This document shows, piece by piece, positions 35,196 through 42,406 of a stretch of 42,406 nt of DNA. The first letter of the stretch is position 1. The number at the start of each line of letters is the position of its first letter. The translations under genes were made by a program, and so were the position numbers. The notes beneath the pieces are model-generated. The model saw only the letters and a program-made list of their open reading frames with translations, was not told the origin of the DNA and ran no database searches. Source of the DNA: a virus; IMG/VR virus record IMGVR_UViG_3300020049_013145; one strand, written 5' to 3'.

Positions 35196-35408
35196 ATGGC
35201 AAAGATCACAATCACAATACTTGACGATTCCGACGGTAAAGTAAAGGTCGCTGTAGATCCGTCATTTGAAATCATGGCTAAGATGGCAAACGCTGGCGAG
35301 CAGATGACCTCTGCCCACGCCTACGCTCTTCGTGCCCTTCGCGCAATTAGAGAAGAATCAAAAGCCCAAGGGACTAGCAAGATCCTAATCCCAAGAATTG
35401 GATTGTAG
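35196..35408 (+). CDS. Hypothetical protein (70 aa)
   Basis: ORF track. GAAAGG upstream. Confidence 0.6.
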   Translation: MAKITITILDDSDGKVKVAVDPSFEIMAKMANAGEQMTSAHAYALRALRAIREESKAQGTSKILIPRIGL

Positions 35409-35510
35409 AGGATTGCCTTGTTGAAAATAACGGATGGATCCTCAGCAAGGCGCATAGGTAGGCGTCGGAAAAAACCTTCGGCGTCTACCGACTTAACTTT
35501 GAGGGCTAGG

Positions 35511-35627
35511 ATGAGAAGGCTTTTAAGAGATGAGGTTAGCTTTGCCTCAATGTTTTTTGCAATACTGATCGGGACACTTGCTGGAATATTTATCGTCCTA
35601 TTCTCAGAGGTATTTAGCGTCAAGTAG
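35511..35627 (+). CDS. 38-aa membrane mini-protein
   Basis: ATG 35511 has a GAGGG SD. The TM segment is MFFAILIGTLAGIFIVLF. The ORF-track version starts at a TTG at 35418. Confidence 0.4.
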   Translation: MRRLLRDEVSFASMFFAILIGTLAGIFIVLFSEVFSVK

Positions 35628-35647
35628 TTCTATCACCAGGGAGATAT

Positions 35648-35941
35648 ATGTCTAATCGAGAGATGATTCTAAAGGGGCTTGAGCCTTTACTTAGAGAGGC
35701 AAGGCAAAACAATCTTGTCTTCAGATGTCCATATCAAAATCTTATTTTTACCCCAGATGAACTAGAGCAGGAGCATAAAGACGGAAGTTTTATTTGGGGT
35801 GCGACCAACTGGGAGTTGGTTGATCCAAAAAAAATACTTAGCCAGCTAGAGCTTAAGGCTAGAGAAGCGCGTCGTGCTGTAACAAAACTTAGATTGAAGC
35901 TTAGGTCAGAGTCGATAGGCAAAATTCCAGGTGAGGTTTAA
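35648..35941 (+). CDS. Hypothetical protein (97 aa)
   Basis: ORF track. GGGAG SD. Confidence 0.65.
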   Translation: MSNREMILKGLEPLLREARQNNLVFRCPYQNLIFTPDELEQEHKDGSFIWGATNWELVDPKKILSQLELKAREARRAVTKLRLKLRSESIGKIPGEV

Positions 35942-35974
35942 GTGAAGAAAGATTCTCAGAGAAGGAATAGATAA

Positions 35975-36714
<740 letters not shown>

Positions 36715-36718
<4 letters not shown>

Positions 36719-37143
36719 GTTACGCAGAAAAAACCTCAGTCCCCATTGACCGATCACAGTCTGAGATAAAGAAGATCCTATCCAAATACGGAGCCAACGG
36801 TTTCGCCTATGCGGAGAATGATCAGTTTGCCATGGTGATGTTTGAGATGTCGTCTAGGCGCGTAAAGTTTTTACTGCCAATGCCGCCAAAATATTCATCT
36901 AAGGCTACGCAAGCATCAATCAAAACTTATGAACAACTTTGTCGAACACGATGGAGGTGTCTCGCCCTTGCAATCAAAGCCAAACTAGAATGTGTAGAAT
37001 CTGGAATCACCACGCTCGAGCAGGAATTTATGGCTCATATCATGCTGCCAAATGGGCAGACAGTGGGCCAAGCAATGGGTCCACAAATCGAGCAGTCTTA
37101 TAGAGATAATAAGATGCCGCATTTGCTTGGGTATTCTGGATGA
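36715..37143 (+). CDS. Hypothetical protein (142 aa)
   Basis: GTGA overlap upstream, ATGA downstream. Confidence 0.7.
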
Positions 37144-37517
37144 AATCTCTACAACAGACCTGCAACGAGATTATCGAGGCGAGTGAGAAGGCAACATACG
37201 GACCGTGGCAGTTGAATACGAGCATCGATTGTAGACGCGGAACGGTCCATCAAAGCGAAGGTCATTCGACTATATGCGGGTATGAACCAGATGCAGGCTG
37301 GGCAAAAACCGCCAGTGGGAACAAGCCTAACTTTGAGTACATCGTCCTCGCCGCCAACCAAGCGCCGAAGCTAGCGAAGGCGTTGCTGGTGATGGAGGAA
37401 GCTTTGCTATTAATTTCTGAGACGACTACGAATAAGGGGTTCGCAACAGGAGTCGATCAATCTATTGCAAAAGAAGCGCTCGCCGAAGCCGAGAAGCTAT
37501 TGGGAGGTGGGGAGTGA
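37140..37517 (+). CDS. Ead/Ea22-like protein (125 aa)
   Basis: EASEKATYGPWQL resembles the KATPGPW motif of Ead/Ea22-like proteins. Paralog of the junction-spanning gene 42101->205, with the same ...EKLLGGGE* end. Confidence 0.7.
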   Translation: MKSLQQTCNEIIEASEKATYGPWQLNTSIDCRRGTVHQSEGHSTICGYEPDAGWAKTASGNKPNFEYIVLAANQAPKLAKALLVMEEALLLISETTTNKGFATGVDQSIAKEALAEAEKLLGGGE

Positions 37518-37723
37518 GCAAGTCTAAATACGTAAGATTAAAAGACCTAAAGAAGCTGATGGAGCAATATCCAGATGCTATTTTATCTTACCCAGTAGAT
37601 CAAAGTAAATTTGAGTACAGTGACCGATTAGCTGGTGAGTTTAGTGATGAACTTGTAGAAATGCATCCAGATAACGTTGGTCCGGGTAATCCAAAATACC
37701 GCCATATTGTGAGGCTCAAATGA
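37514..37723 (+). CDS. Hypothetical protein (69 aa)
   Basis: GTGAGCAAGTCT start. Same junction as 202-453, but the interior is unrelated. Confidence 0.6.
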   Translation: MSKSKYVRLKDLKKLMEQYPDAILSYPVDQSKFEYSDRLAGEFSDELVEMHPDNVGPGNPKYRHIVRLK

Positions 37724-38052
37724 AAACCCCTAAAGAGCTGGCGCAAGAGGTGTTGGATCTTCGATCGAGGGCTGATCAGTATGACGTCGACTCGTATGAG
37801 TGGGACGATCTTATGCAAGCCTCAGAGGATATCCTTTTAAACGATGGGGATACCCTCGCCCGCGCCGTGCTGAAGCTTGAGGAGGAGCGTGAACAGCATT
37901 ACAGGGCTCACTCGGAAGCCGTGGATCTAATATTGAAACTCACAGATGAGAAAACGATCATGGTGTCATCACTAAATAAAATTGCCGGGTACATGGGAGA
38001 TGACGCGCAAGATGAAGCCGAAAAAGCCCTCTCCAAAATAGGTGGAAAATGA
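37720..38052 (+). CDS. Hypothetical protein, MKTPKELAQEV family (110 aa)
   Basis: Shares the 5' 37 nt with 450-710 (2 mismatches) and the LKLEEE segment. Ends ALSKIGGK*. Confidence 0.65.
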   Translation: MKTPKELAQEVLDLRSRADQYDVDSYEWDDLMQASEDILLNDGDTLARAVLKLEEEREQHYRAHSEAVDLILKLTDEKTIMVSSLNKIAGYMGDDAQDEAEKALSKIGGK

Positions 38053-38195
38053 CTCACATTTTTAAACGCGGCTCCGTAACTATCGAACTACTATGTCATC
38101 CAACTATGGATCGATATTTTGAATGGATTAATAATGCGTACGTGCGCGGTCCTTCGTATGAGCAATTGATTCTAGATGGGTGGGCTAAGCAATGA
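38049..38195 (+). CDS. Possible 48-aa protein
   Basis: Below the ORF-track cutoff. ATGA overlaps at both ends keep the coupling chain intact. Confidence 0.4.
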   Translation: MTHIFKRGSVTIELLCHPTMDRYFEWINNAYVRGPSYEQLILDGWAKQ

Positions 38196-38236
38196 AATCC
38201 CCTAGAGAGTTGGCGCAAGAGGTGCAGCATGAGTAA
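38192..38236 (+). pseudogene. Truncated 14-codon remnant of the MKSP[KR]ELAQEV gene start
   Basis: atgaaatcccctagagagttggcgcaagaggtg matches 450-482 with 3 mismatches, then stops (TAA 38234-38236), overlapping the ATG at 38229. Confidence 0.55.
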
Positions 38237-38555
38237 CGAATTTAAAGCCATATGGCTACACGCAGATGCGCGTTTAATTGGCAAAACAGCGGATAGCCTA
38301 AGGACACTTCTAGCTGCGCTTACTCAGTCTGGGATAGACACTGCACACGTTACAGTGACTTGTCCTGATGTCCAAGAATTAGAAAAACGAGTGCTGAAGC
38401 TTGAGGAGGAGAAAGAAATTCTCATTGAAGCGATCACTAAAGTAAACCGCACCGAGATAACTCATGGTTGCGAGGAATGCTCATCCATCTGGACAAACGT
38501 CTACGAGTTCCCTCCTCTTGCGGAAGCCCTATCCAAAGTGACGGGGCAGAAATGA
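38229..38555 (+). CDS. Hypothetical protein (108 aa), C-terminal paralog of 450-710
   Basis: The C-terminal half is LKLEEEKEILIEAITKVNRTEITHGCEECSSIWTNVYEFPPLAEALSKVTGQK. Confidence 0.7.
   Translation: MSNEFKAIWLHADARLIGKTADSLRTLLAALTQSGIDTAHVTVTCPDVQELEKRVLKLEEEKEILIEAITKVNRTEITHGCEECSSIWTNVYEFPPLAEALSKVTGQK
38393..38555 (+). repeat. Dispersed direct repeat, 163 bp (partner 548-710)
   Basis: 142/163 identical by hand alignment. Confidence 0.85.
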
Positions 38556-38971
38556 GAACAACACCACACAATTGTGGCGGTATTGGTTGCGATACTTGCG
38601 CCAGTGATCGGGTATTCAATCAGCAGTCAAAGCAAGTGGACGAGGACACCTTCACTTACCCACGTAGCGCAATAGACGCACGAATAGTAGAAGTTGAAAC
38701 GCTACGCGCCGAGCGAGACAAATGGAAATGGGAATACGAAAACCTTTGCCATTTCGCCTGGCATCTCGCCAATGATTTTGAAGAGCAAGTGGTTGAGTTG
38801 AAAAAAGAGAAGGCGGTGTTGGTTGAGTTGAAAAAAGAGAAGGCGGTGTTGGTTGAGGCAATAGAATACATCAGCCATGATTGCATGCATTCTCATGCAA
38901 ACTGTCCAACTAGAGCCGCAATGCAAGTAATAGCAAAGAAAGCACTCTCCAAAGTGACGGGGGAGAAATGA
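38552..38971 (+). CDS. Hypothetical Cys/His-rich protein (139 aa), same family tail (ALSKVTGEK)
   Basis: Start at ATG 38552 (ATGA overlap). Contains CGGIGCDTC and HDCMHSHANC. Carries the in-frame 30-bp tandem duplication. Confidence 0.65.
   Translation: MRTTPHNCGGIGCDTCASDRVFNQQSKQVDEDTFTYPRSAIDARIVEVETLRAERDKWKWEYENLCHFAWHLANDFEEQVVELKKEKAVLVELKKEKAVLVEAIEYISHDCMHSHANCPTRAAMQVIAKKALSKVTGEK
38791..38857 (+). repeat. Perfect 30-bp tandem duplication plus 7 nt of a third unit
   Basis: ggttgagttgaaaaaagagaaggcggtgtt occurs at 38791-38820 and again at 38821-38850, followed by ggttgag. It encodes VELKKEKAVL twice. Confidence 0.95.
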
Positions 38972-39138
38972 AAGACGCAACACACGCATTCTGTTCAGAG
39001 TGTAACCGTATTCGGAAATGTGTTTTTGAGCCTCTAACCGCAGAGTCAATAGACGGCAAATATCTCGGCGGAGACATCGTTTGTGAATGCAAGCTTGTCG
39101 TTGCGACTCTTTTTAGAGAAGTGGCTGGTGAGAAATGA
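38968..39138 (+). CDS. 56-aa Cys-rich (zinc-ribbon-like) protein
   Basis: Below the ORF-track cutoff. ATGA overlaps at both ends. Contains CSEC...C...CEC. Ends ...EVAGEK*. Confidence 0.5.
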   Translation: MKDATHAFCSECNRIRKCVFEPLTAESIDGKYLGGDIVCECKLVVATLFREVAGEK

Positions 39139-39380
39139 AGTTCAGAAGAAAACCAATAGTCATAGAAGCATTCCGATGGATGCACGACGAAGCCCCCGAT
39201 TGGTGGATATCCGCCAGATACACGATGATTGACGCTGAATTTGGATCAGTATTTATTTCAACTTTAGAAGGCACCCATGAGGCAAAGCGCGGCGATTGGA
39301 TTATTAAAGGGATAAAGGGCGAGCTCTACCCATGCAAGCCGGACATTTTTGAAGCTACTTACGAGGCTGTGGATGAATAA
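39135..39380 (+). CDS. Hypothetical protein (81 aa)
   Basis: ORF track, ATGA-coupled. Confidence 0.65.
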   Translation: MKFRRKPIVIEAFRWMHDEAPDWWISARYTMIDAEFGSVFISTLEGTHEAKRGDWIIKGIKGELYPCKPDIFEATYEAVDE

Positions 39381-39705
39381 GTTCTGGATTTCTGGCTGGG
39401 ATCCCAAAGGCTACCCTTTAGGAGAAGGCATAATTACTGTGTTCGTCACGAAAGAAGATCCTCGGCAGCCTTATGCATTCGAGGTAATCCCAGTAAAAGA
39501 CGCATTTGAAGAGGCCGCGCAAGAGGTTCAGGGATGGATCGATCTTAGAAATAAAGATCATGCGATGTGTGATTACGTTGATCCAAAAGAAGCCGAACGA
39601 GAACACGGAAATCTAATTCGACAGCTAGAATGCATCAAGGATAGATTATTGGAAAAATCTGGGATCGAAAGAATTAAACTCTTTAGAGATAGAATAAAGA
39701 AATGA
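39373..39705 (+). CDS. Hypothetical protein (110 aa)
   Basis: ATG 39373 overlaps the upstream stop region by 8 nt. The ORF-track start at 39349 is less likely. Confidence 0.6.
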   Translation: MNKFWISGWDPKGYPLGEGIITVFVTKEDPRQPYAFEVIPVKDAFEEAAQEVQGWIDLRNKDHAMCDYVDPKEAEREHGNLIRQLECIKDRLLEKSGIERIKLFRDRIKK

Positions 39706-39983
39706 ACTGCCCAATCCTTGGATGCTCAATTATAGGGCTACACACCCATGATCCATTAGTCTTCAAGTCTATTTCATGCCAATATAGTTGTCCGGAATGG
39801 AGAGATGCTTATGAAGCGGGAGCAAAAGAGGTTAGAGACAATCTCAAAGATATTCACATAGTCCCGGAATTCGAGGGAGAACCAACTCACGCAGAGACCG
39901 AGAGGTGTTGGTGCACCCCCGAACTACACTACCAAGATGAGTTTACGGATATAAAAGTTTGGACGCATCGGAGACCAGAATGA
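39702..39983 (+). CDS. Hypothetical Cys-rich protein (93 aa)
   Basis: ORF track, ATGA-coupled. Contains a CWC motif. Confidence 0.6.
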   Translation: MNCPILGCSIIGLHTHDPLVFKSISCQYSCPEWRDAYEAGAKEVRDNLKDIHIVPEFEGEPTHAETERCWCTPELHYQDEFTDIKVWTHRRPE

Positions 39984-40090
39984 GTGACGGCCTTAGTTTC
40001 TTTGGATGGCTTACAAAGCCTGAGATCATGATGACAGGTCTAGAAGGAGAGATAAAGCTTTTCTTACACCCTATAACGGTTGGTGTGTAA
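39980..40090 (+). CDS. Possible 36-aa protein
   Basis: ATGA overlap with the upstream gene. Otherwise no support. Confidence 0.3.
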   Translation: MSDGLSFFGWLTKPEIMMTGLEGEIKLFLHPITVGV

Positions 40091-40107
40091 GCTGTGCTCT
40101 GCCTGTG

Positions 40108-40251
40108 ATGGAGAACTTTTTAAAAGAATTGAAAGAAGAAAATGTAATGACCCCAGATGAAGTACTAGATCAAGCATCCAAGGATGCACACAAAGAAGCA
40201 TTCACCGCAACGATCAGCATTGCAAGGCAGTCTGAAGTAGCTTTCTCCTAG
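40108..40251 (+). CDS. Possible 47-aa protein
   Basis: Small ORF whose stop overlaps the stop of the convergent ATPase gene. Weak evidence. Confidence 0.25.
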   Translation: MENFLKELKEENVMTPDEVLDQASKDAHKEAFTATISIARQSEVAFS

Positions 40252-41333
40252 AAGCTCTCAAACGTAGACTCTTCTTGAGTAGGAAGAGTTTCTGCCTGTG
40301 AAGTAAGGCCAAGCTTTTGCTTTATGATCTGAAGCTTCTCTGTGATGGTTTCAAGATCAAGGCTTTCGATATAGGTTTTAGATGCTTTGCCAAACACCTC
40401 ATCAAGAAGAGCTATGCGTTTTTCTTTCGCATCCTTACTCGTTCCATCCACCTGACCCTTGATCAAAAGATTCTGAAGATCTTCAAGCGCTATAGTCTTA
40501 AGCCTTTCACGCTCAGCCCATGACCGATCAGAGCTTTTGATTAGGTTCTCTGAGTTACGAGTAAGGTCAGTGCCTATGTGGTCACCACCAAGGTTTAGGA
40601 ACTTGACTACGGAAATGAAGTTTTGGAATTTAGGTTTATCAAAGATTTTGCCATTGATCGTATCTGATCTGTCTTTGATGACGACACACCGATTTAAAAA
40701 ACCTTTGGCACTCTTCTTTGATTTCCTATCGGTCAACACTTCAGCAATATTAACCTTATATGTCTCGATGAGAAGATCTGGCTCAAAGCCTGTCTCGCCT
40801 TCGGCCTTCATTTTAGTGCCGGATTTTACAATCTCTTTCTTTCCTTCTTCATCTTCATCAAAGTCATACTCATAACCAGCACGTCCACACATTGCGATGT
40901 GAACCTTTGAGTTGACATAGGCTTGAGTGAACTGAGCCCACTCAGACTTAAGCACAACCCAGTCTTTCATTGAGAGCTGACTCTTTCCTTTTTTCTTCAT
41001 GTAGGCATTGGTGAGTTCTCGCCACACATGTGTGATCGAATCAATAATGAGGAAGCTATATCCCTCAGTTTCGCACTCTTTAATAACTGTGATTAGGTCC
41101 ATAAAGGACTTGCTCTTAATCACATGGAGCTCAACGCCAGCGTCTTTGAAACGCTTGATATGGAAGTCAGATCCCTTCTCTGTATCGAAGAACGCTACTT
41201 TGCTACCAGACACAAGCTTTGTAAGCTCTTTAGCAAAGTCACAGGCAAGATGGGTTTTGCCCGAACCTTCAAATCCTTGTAACCCGACTTTAAGATAAGC
41301 CGTTTGATTCACTGCTGGTTTCAATAGACCCAT
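40248..41333 (-). CDS. RecA-like AAA ATPase (Sak4 / AAA_24-type) with a C-terminal extension
   Basis: Walker A GFEGSGKT, FFDTEKG motif, Walker B FLIIDSITH. Confidence 0.7.
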   Translation of the reverse strand: MGLLKPAVNQTAYLKVGLQGFEGSGKTHLACDFAKELTKLVSGSKVAFFDTEKGSDFHIKRFKDAGVELHVIKSKSFMDLITVIKECETEGYSFLIIDSITHVWRELTNAYMKKKGKSQLSMKDWVVLKSEWAQFTQAYVNSKVHIAMCGRAGYEYDFDEDEEGKKEIVKSGTKMKAEGETGFEPDLLIETYKVNIAEVLTDRKSKKSAKGFLNRCVVIKDRSDTINGKIFDKPKFQNFISVVKFLNLGGDHIGTDLTRNSENLIKSSDRSWAERERLKTIALEDLQNLLIKGQVDGTSKDAKEKRIALLDEVFGKASKTYIESLDLETITEKLQIIKQKLGLTSQAETLPTQEESTFESF

Positions 41334-41478
41334 TTTCCTTCTCCTCTTTTAGGCAATCTTCGCATAAATCCATACCGTGTTCGTCTCTATAGCGAACTCC
41401 GCAATCAATGCAACCGTTATATCCGCAATCTTCACATGTACTAAACCACTCAATGTCACACACATGTTCTGAAAACAT
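41290..41478 (-). CDS. 62-aa Cys-rich zinc-ribbon-like protein
   Basis: Internal ATG 41478 (MFSEHVCD...). Contains CEDCGYNGCIDCG ... CEDC. Overlaps the ATPase start by 44 nt. Confidence 0.5.
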   Translation of the reverse strand: MFSEHVCDIEWFSTCEDCGYNGCIDCGVRYRDEHGMDLCEDCLKEEKENGSIETSSESNGLS

Positions 41479-41661
41479 TGTTCCAATATATGAAACATAA
41501 AGAAATAAGTAAATAGAATTTATACATTGCAATACATCATATAAATAATACAATTAAGTTAACAGTTTTAAATATAATGAGTAATCAAAAAATTAAATCA
41601 AATAGACATTCTCGTTTTTCTAGTAGTAGAAATCCAACCAACACAATTATGTTAAACAGCC
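41479..41661. promoter_or_regulatory. AT-rich divergent intergenic region (promoters and/or origin candidate)
   Basis: 183 nt, very AT-rich, between divergently oriented genes. A perfect TATAAT lies at 41573-41578 on the plus strand. Confidence 0.4.
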
Positions 41662-41907
41662 ATGAGCCTTCTCAAAGGGGGAAGATCCGTGAAGTGTAAG
41701 AAGAAGCCTGAAAATCCATTGTTCCAAAAAAGAAAAAGAAAAAAACCAGTAAGCTTTATGTTGTCTCCAAAATCTATAGAGCTAGTTACTCTTGCAAGTA
41801 AAGAGTACGGGGTCTCAAAGTCTGAGGTCATTGAGTCATGTATCAAGCACACACTCAAAGAGTTGTTTAAGGATGTGACCAATGGAGATGAGGGTAAGGG
41901 GAAGTGA
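41662..41907 (+). CDS. Ribbon-helix-helix (CopG/Arc-like) DNA-binding protein with a basic N-terminal tail
   Basis: VSFMLSPKSIELVTLASKEYGVSKSEVIESCIKH fits a beta-strand/helix/helix pattern. Confidence 0.6.
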   Translation: MSLLKGGRSVKCKKKPENPLFQKRKRKKPVSFMLSPKSIELVTLASKEYGVSKSEVIESCIKHTLKELFKDVTNGDEGKGK

Positions 41908-42104
41908 GCAAAGAATATCCAGCAAGAGTAAGTGCATTAGTGCAAAAGAGAAAACTCATAGGGGAATACGCCTACAATACCGCAATGCAGATCGAGCAGC
42001 TAGTAGACAAAATAAGAGAAGATAGTGAGCTCACCGAAATTTGCCTCAATGAGATTGAAGAAAAAACAATTGGACTTCGAGTGTTTCTCCAGGAGTTTCC
42101 ATGA
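41904..42104 (+). CDS. Hypothetical protein (66 aa)
   Basis: GTGAGCAAAG start overlapping the upstream stop. ATGA overlap downstream. Confidence 0.6.
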   Translation: MSKEYPARVSALVQKRKLIGEYAYNTAMQIEQLVDKIREDSELTEICLNEIEEKTIGLRVFLQEFP

Positions 42105-42406
42105 CCAACCTAGAGCGATTATGCAAAGAAGTGCTCGAGGCGAGCGAGAAGGCTACGGAAGCGGGTAAATATTGGACTACTAAATATGGCAATGCAGTTC
42201 AAAGCAAAGAAGAGACAATATGTGTTCTGAATGATGGAGAATATATTGAAAATCCAAATCGCGAATCGGATGCAGCATATATCATCCTCTCAGCCAACAA
42301 CGCACCACTCCTGGCCAAGGCTTTGTTGCGGGCTATGGAATCGCTAAAACGCACCCAGAACCGATTCTTAAATGAGGCACCAACAGGCCTTCCTTTAGAG
42401 TCTAGA
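42101..42406 (+). CDS. Ead/Ea22-like protein, N-terminal part (continues at nt 122 after the junction)
   Basis: ATG 42101 (ATGA overlap). 102 codons run to the window end with no stop. EASEKATEAGKYW parallels EASEKATYGPWQL of 37140-37517. Confidence 0.8.
   Translation, partial: MTNLERLCKEVLEASEKATEAGKYWTTKYGNAVQSKEETICVLNDGEYIENPNRESDAAYIILSANNAPLLAKALLRAMESLKRTQNRFLNEAPTGLPLESR
42286..42406. repeat. Terminal direct repeat, copy 2 (identical to 1-121)
   Basis: Exact 121-nt match read directly. Confidence 0.95.

Overview
This window looks like a complete, circularly closed tailed-phage genome. The unique length is 42,285 bp. Bases 1-121 recur exactly at 42286-42406, and the repeat lies inside a CDS.

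A ~28-kb minus-strand block (31710 down to 3554) carries, in order:
- replication and recombination genes: a winged-HTH protein, an SSB-like OB-fold protein and a RusA-like resolvase
- TerS and TerL
- a cupin Asp/Asn beta-hydroxylase-like enzyme and a GNAT acetyltransferase
- a T7-type portal, scaffold, major capsid and decoration candidate
- tail tubular A/B-like proteins
- three internal-core-like proteins, one a 2,657-aa giant with an HExxH motif
- the tail fiber
- a lysis cassette: TM proteins, a lipoprotein and an NlpC/P60 endolysin

The plus-strand blocks (32.0-40.1 kb, and 41.66 kb through the junction to 1.5 kb) are chains of about 45 small, mostly unknown ORFs. They are linked by ATGA/GTGA/TAATG start-stop overlaps. 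Recognisable members are an XRE repressor-like protein, an AlpA/Xis-like HTH, an RHH protein, two Ead/Ea22-like paralogs and several lipoproteins, one with a PA14 domain.

I could not recognise a DNA polymerase, RNA polymerase or integrase. A sigma-70-family factor is encoded at 2062-2598.

The most unusual observations are:
1. A ~550-nt ORF-free, helix-rich region (1523-2076) in an otherwise gene-dense genome.
2. A tRNA(CAU)-like gene with a 15-nt insertion at the canonical 37/38 intron position.
3. Three conserved junction sequences that recur at the boundaries of divergent small ORFs.
4. A perfect (GCT)18-TAT-(GCT)18 microsatellite inside a CDS.

All family assignments rest on motifs read by eye from the translations. 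No database search was run.
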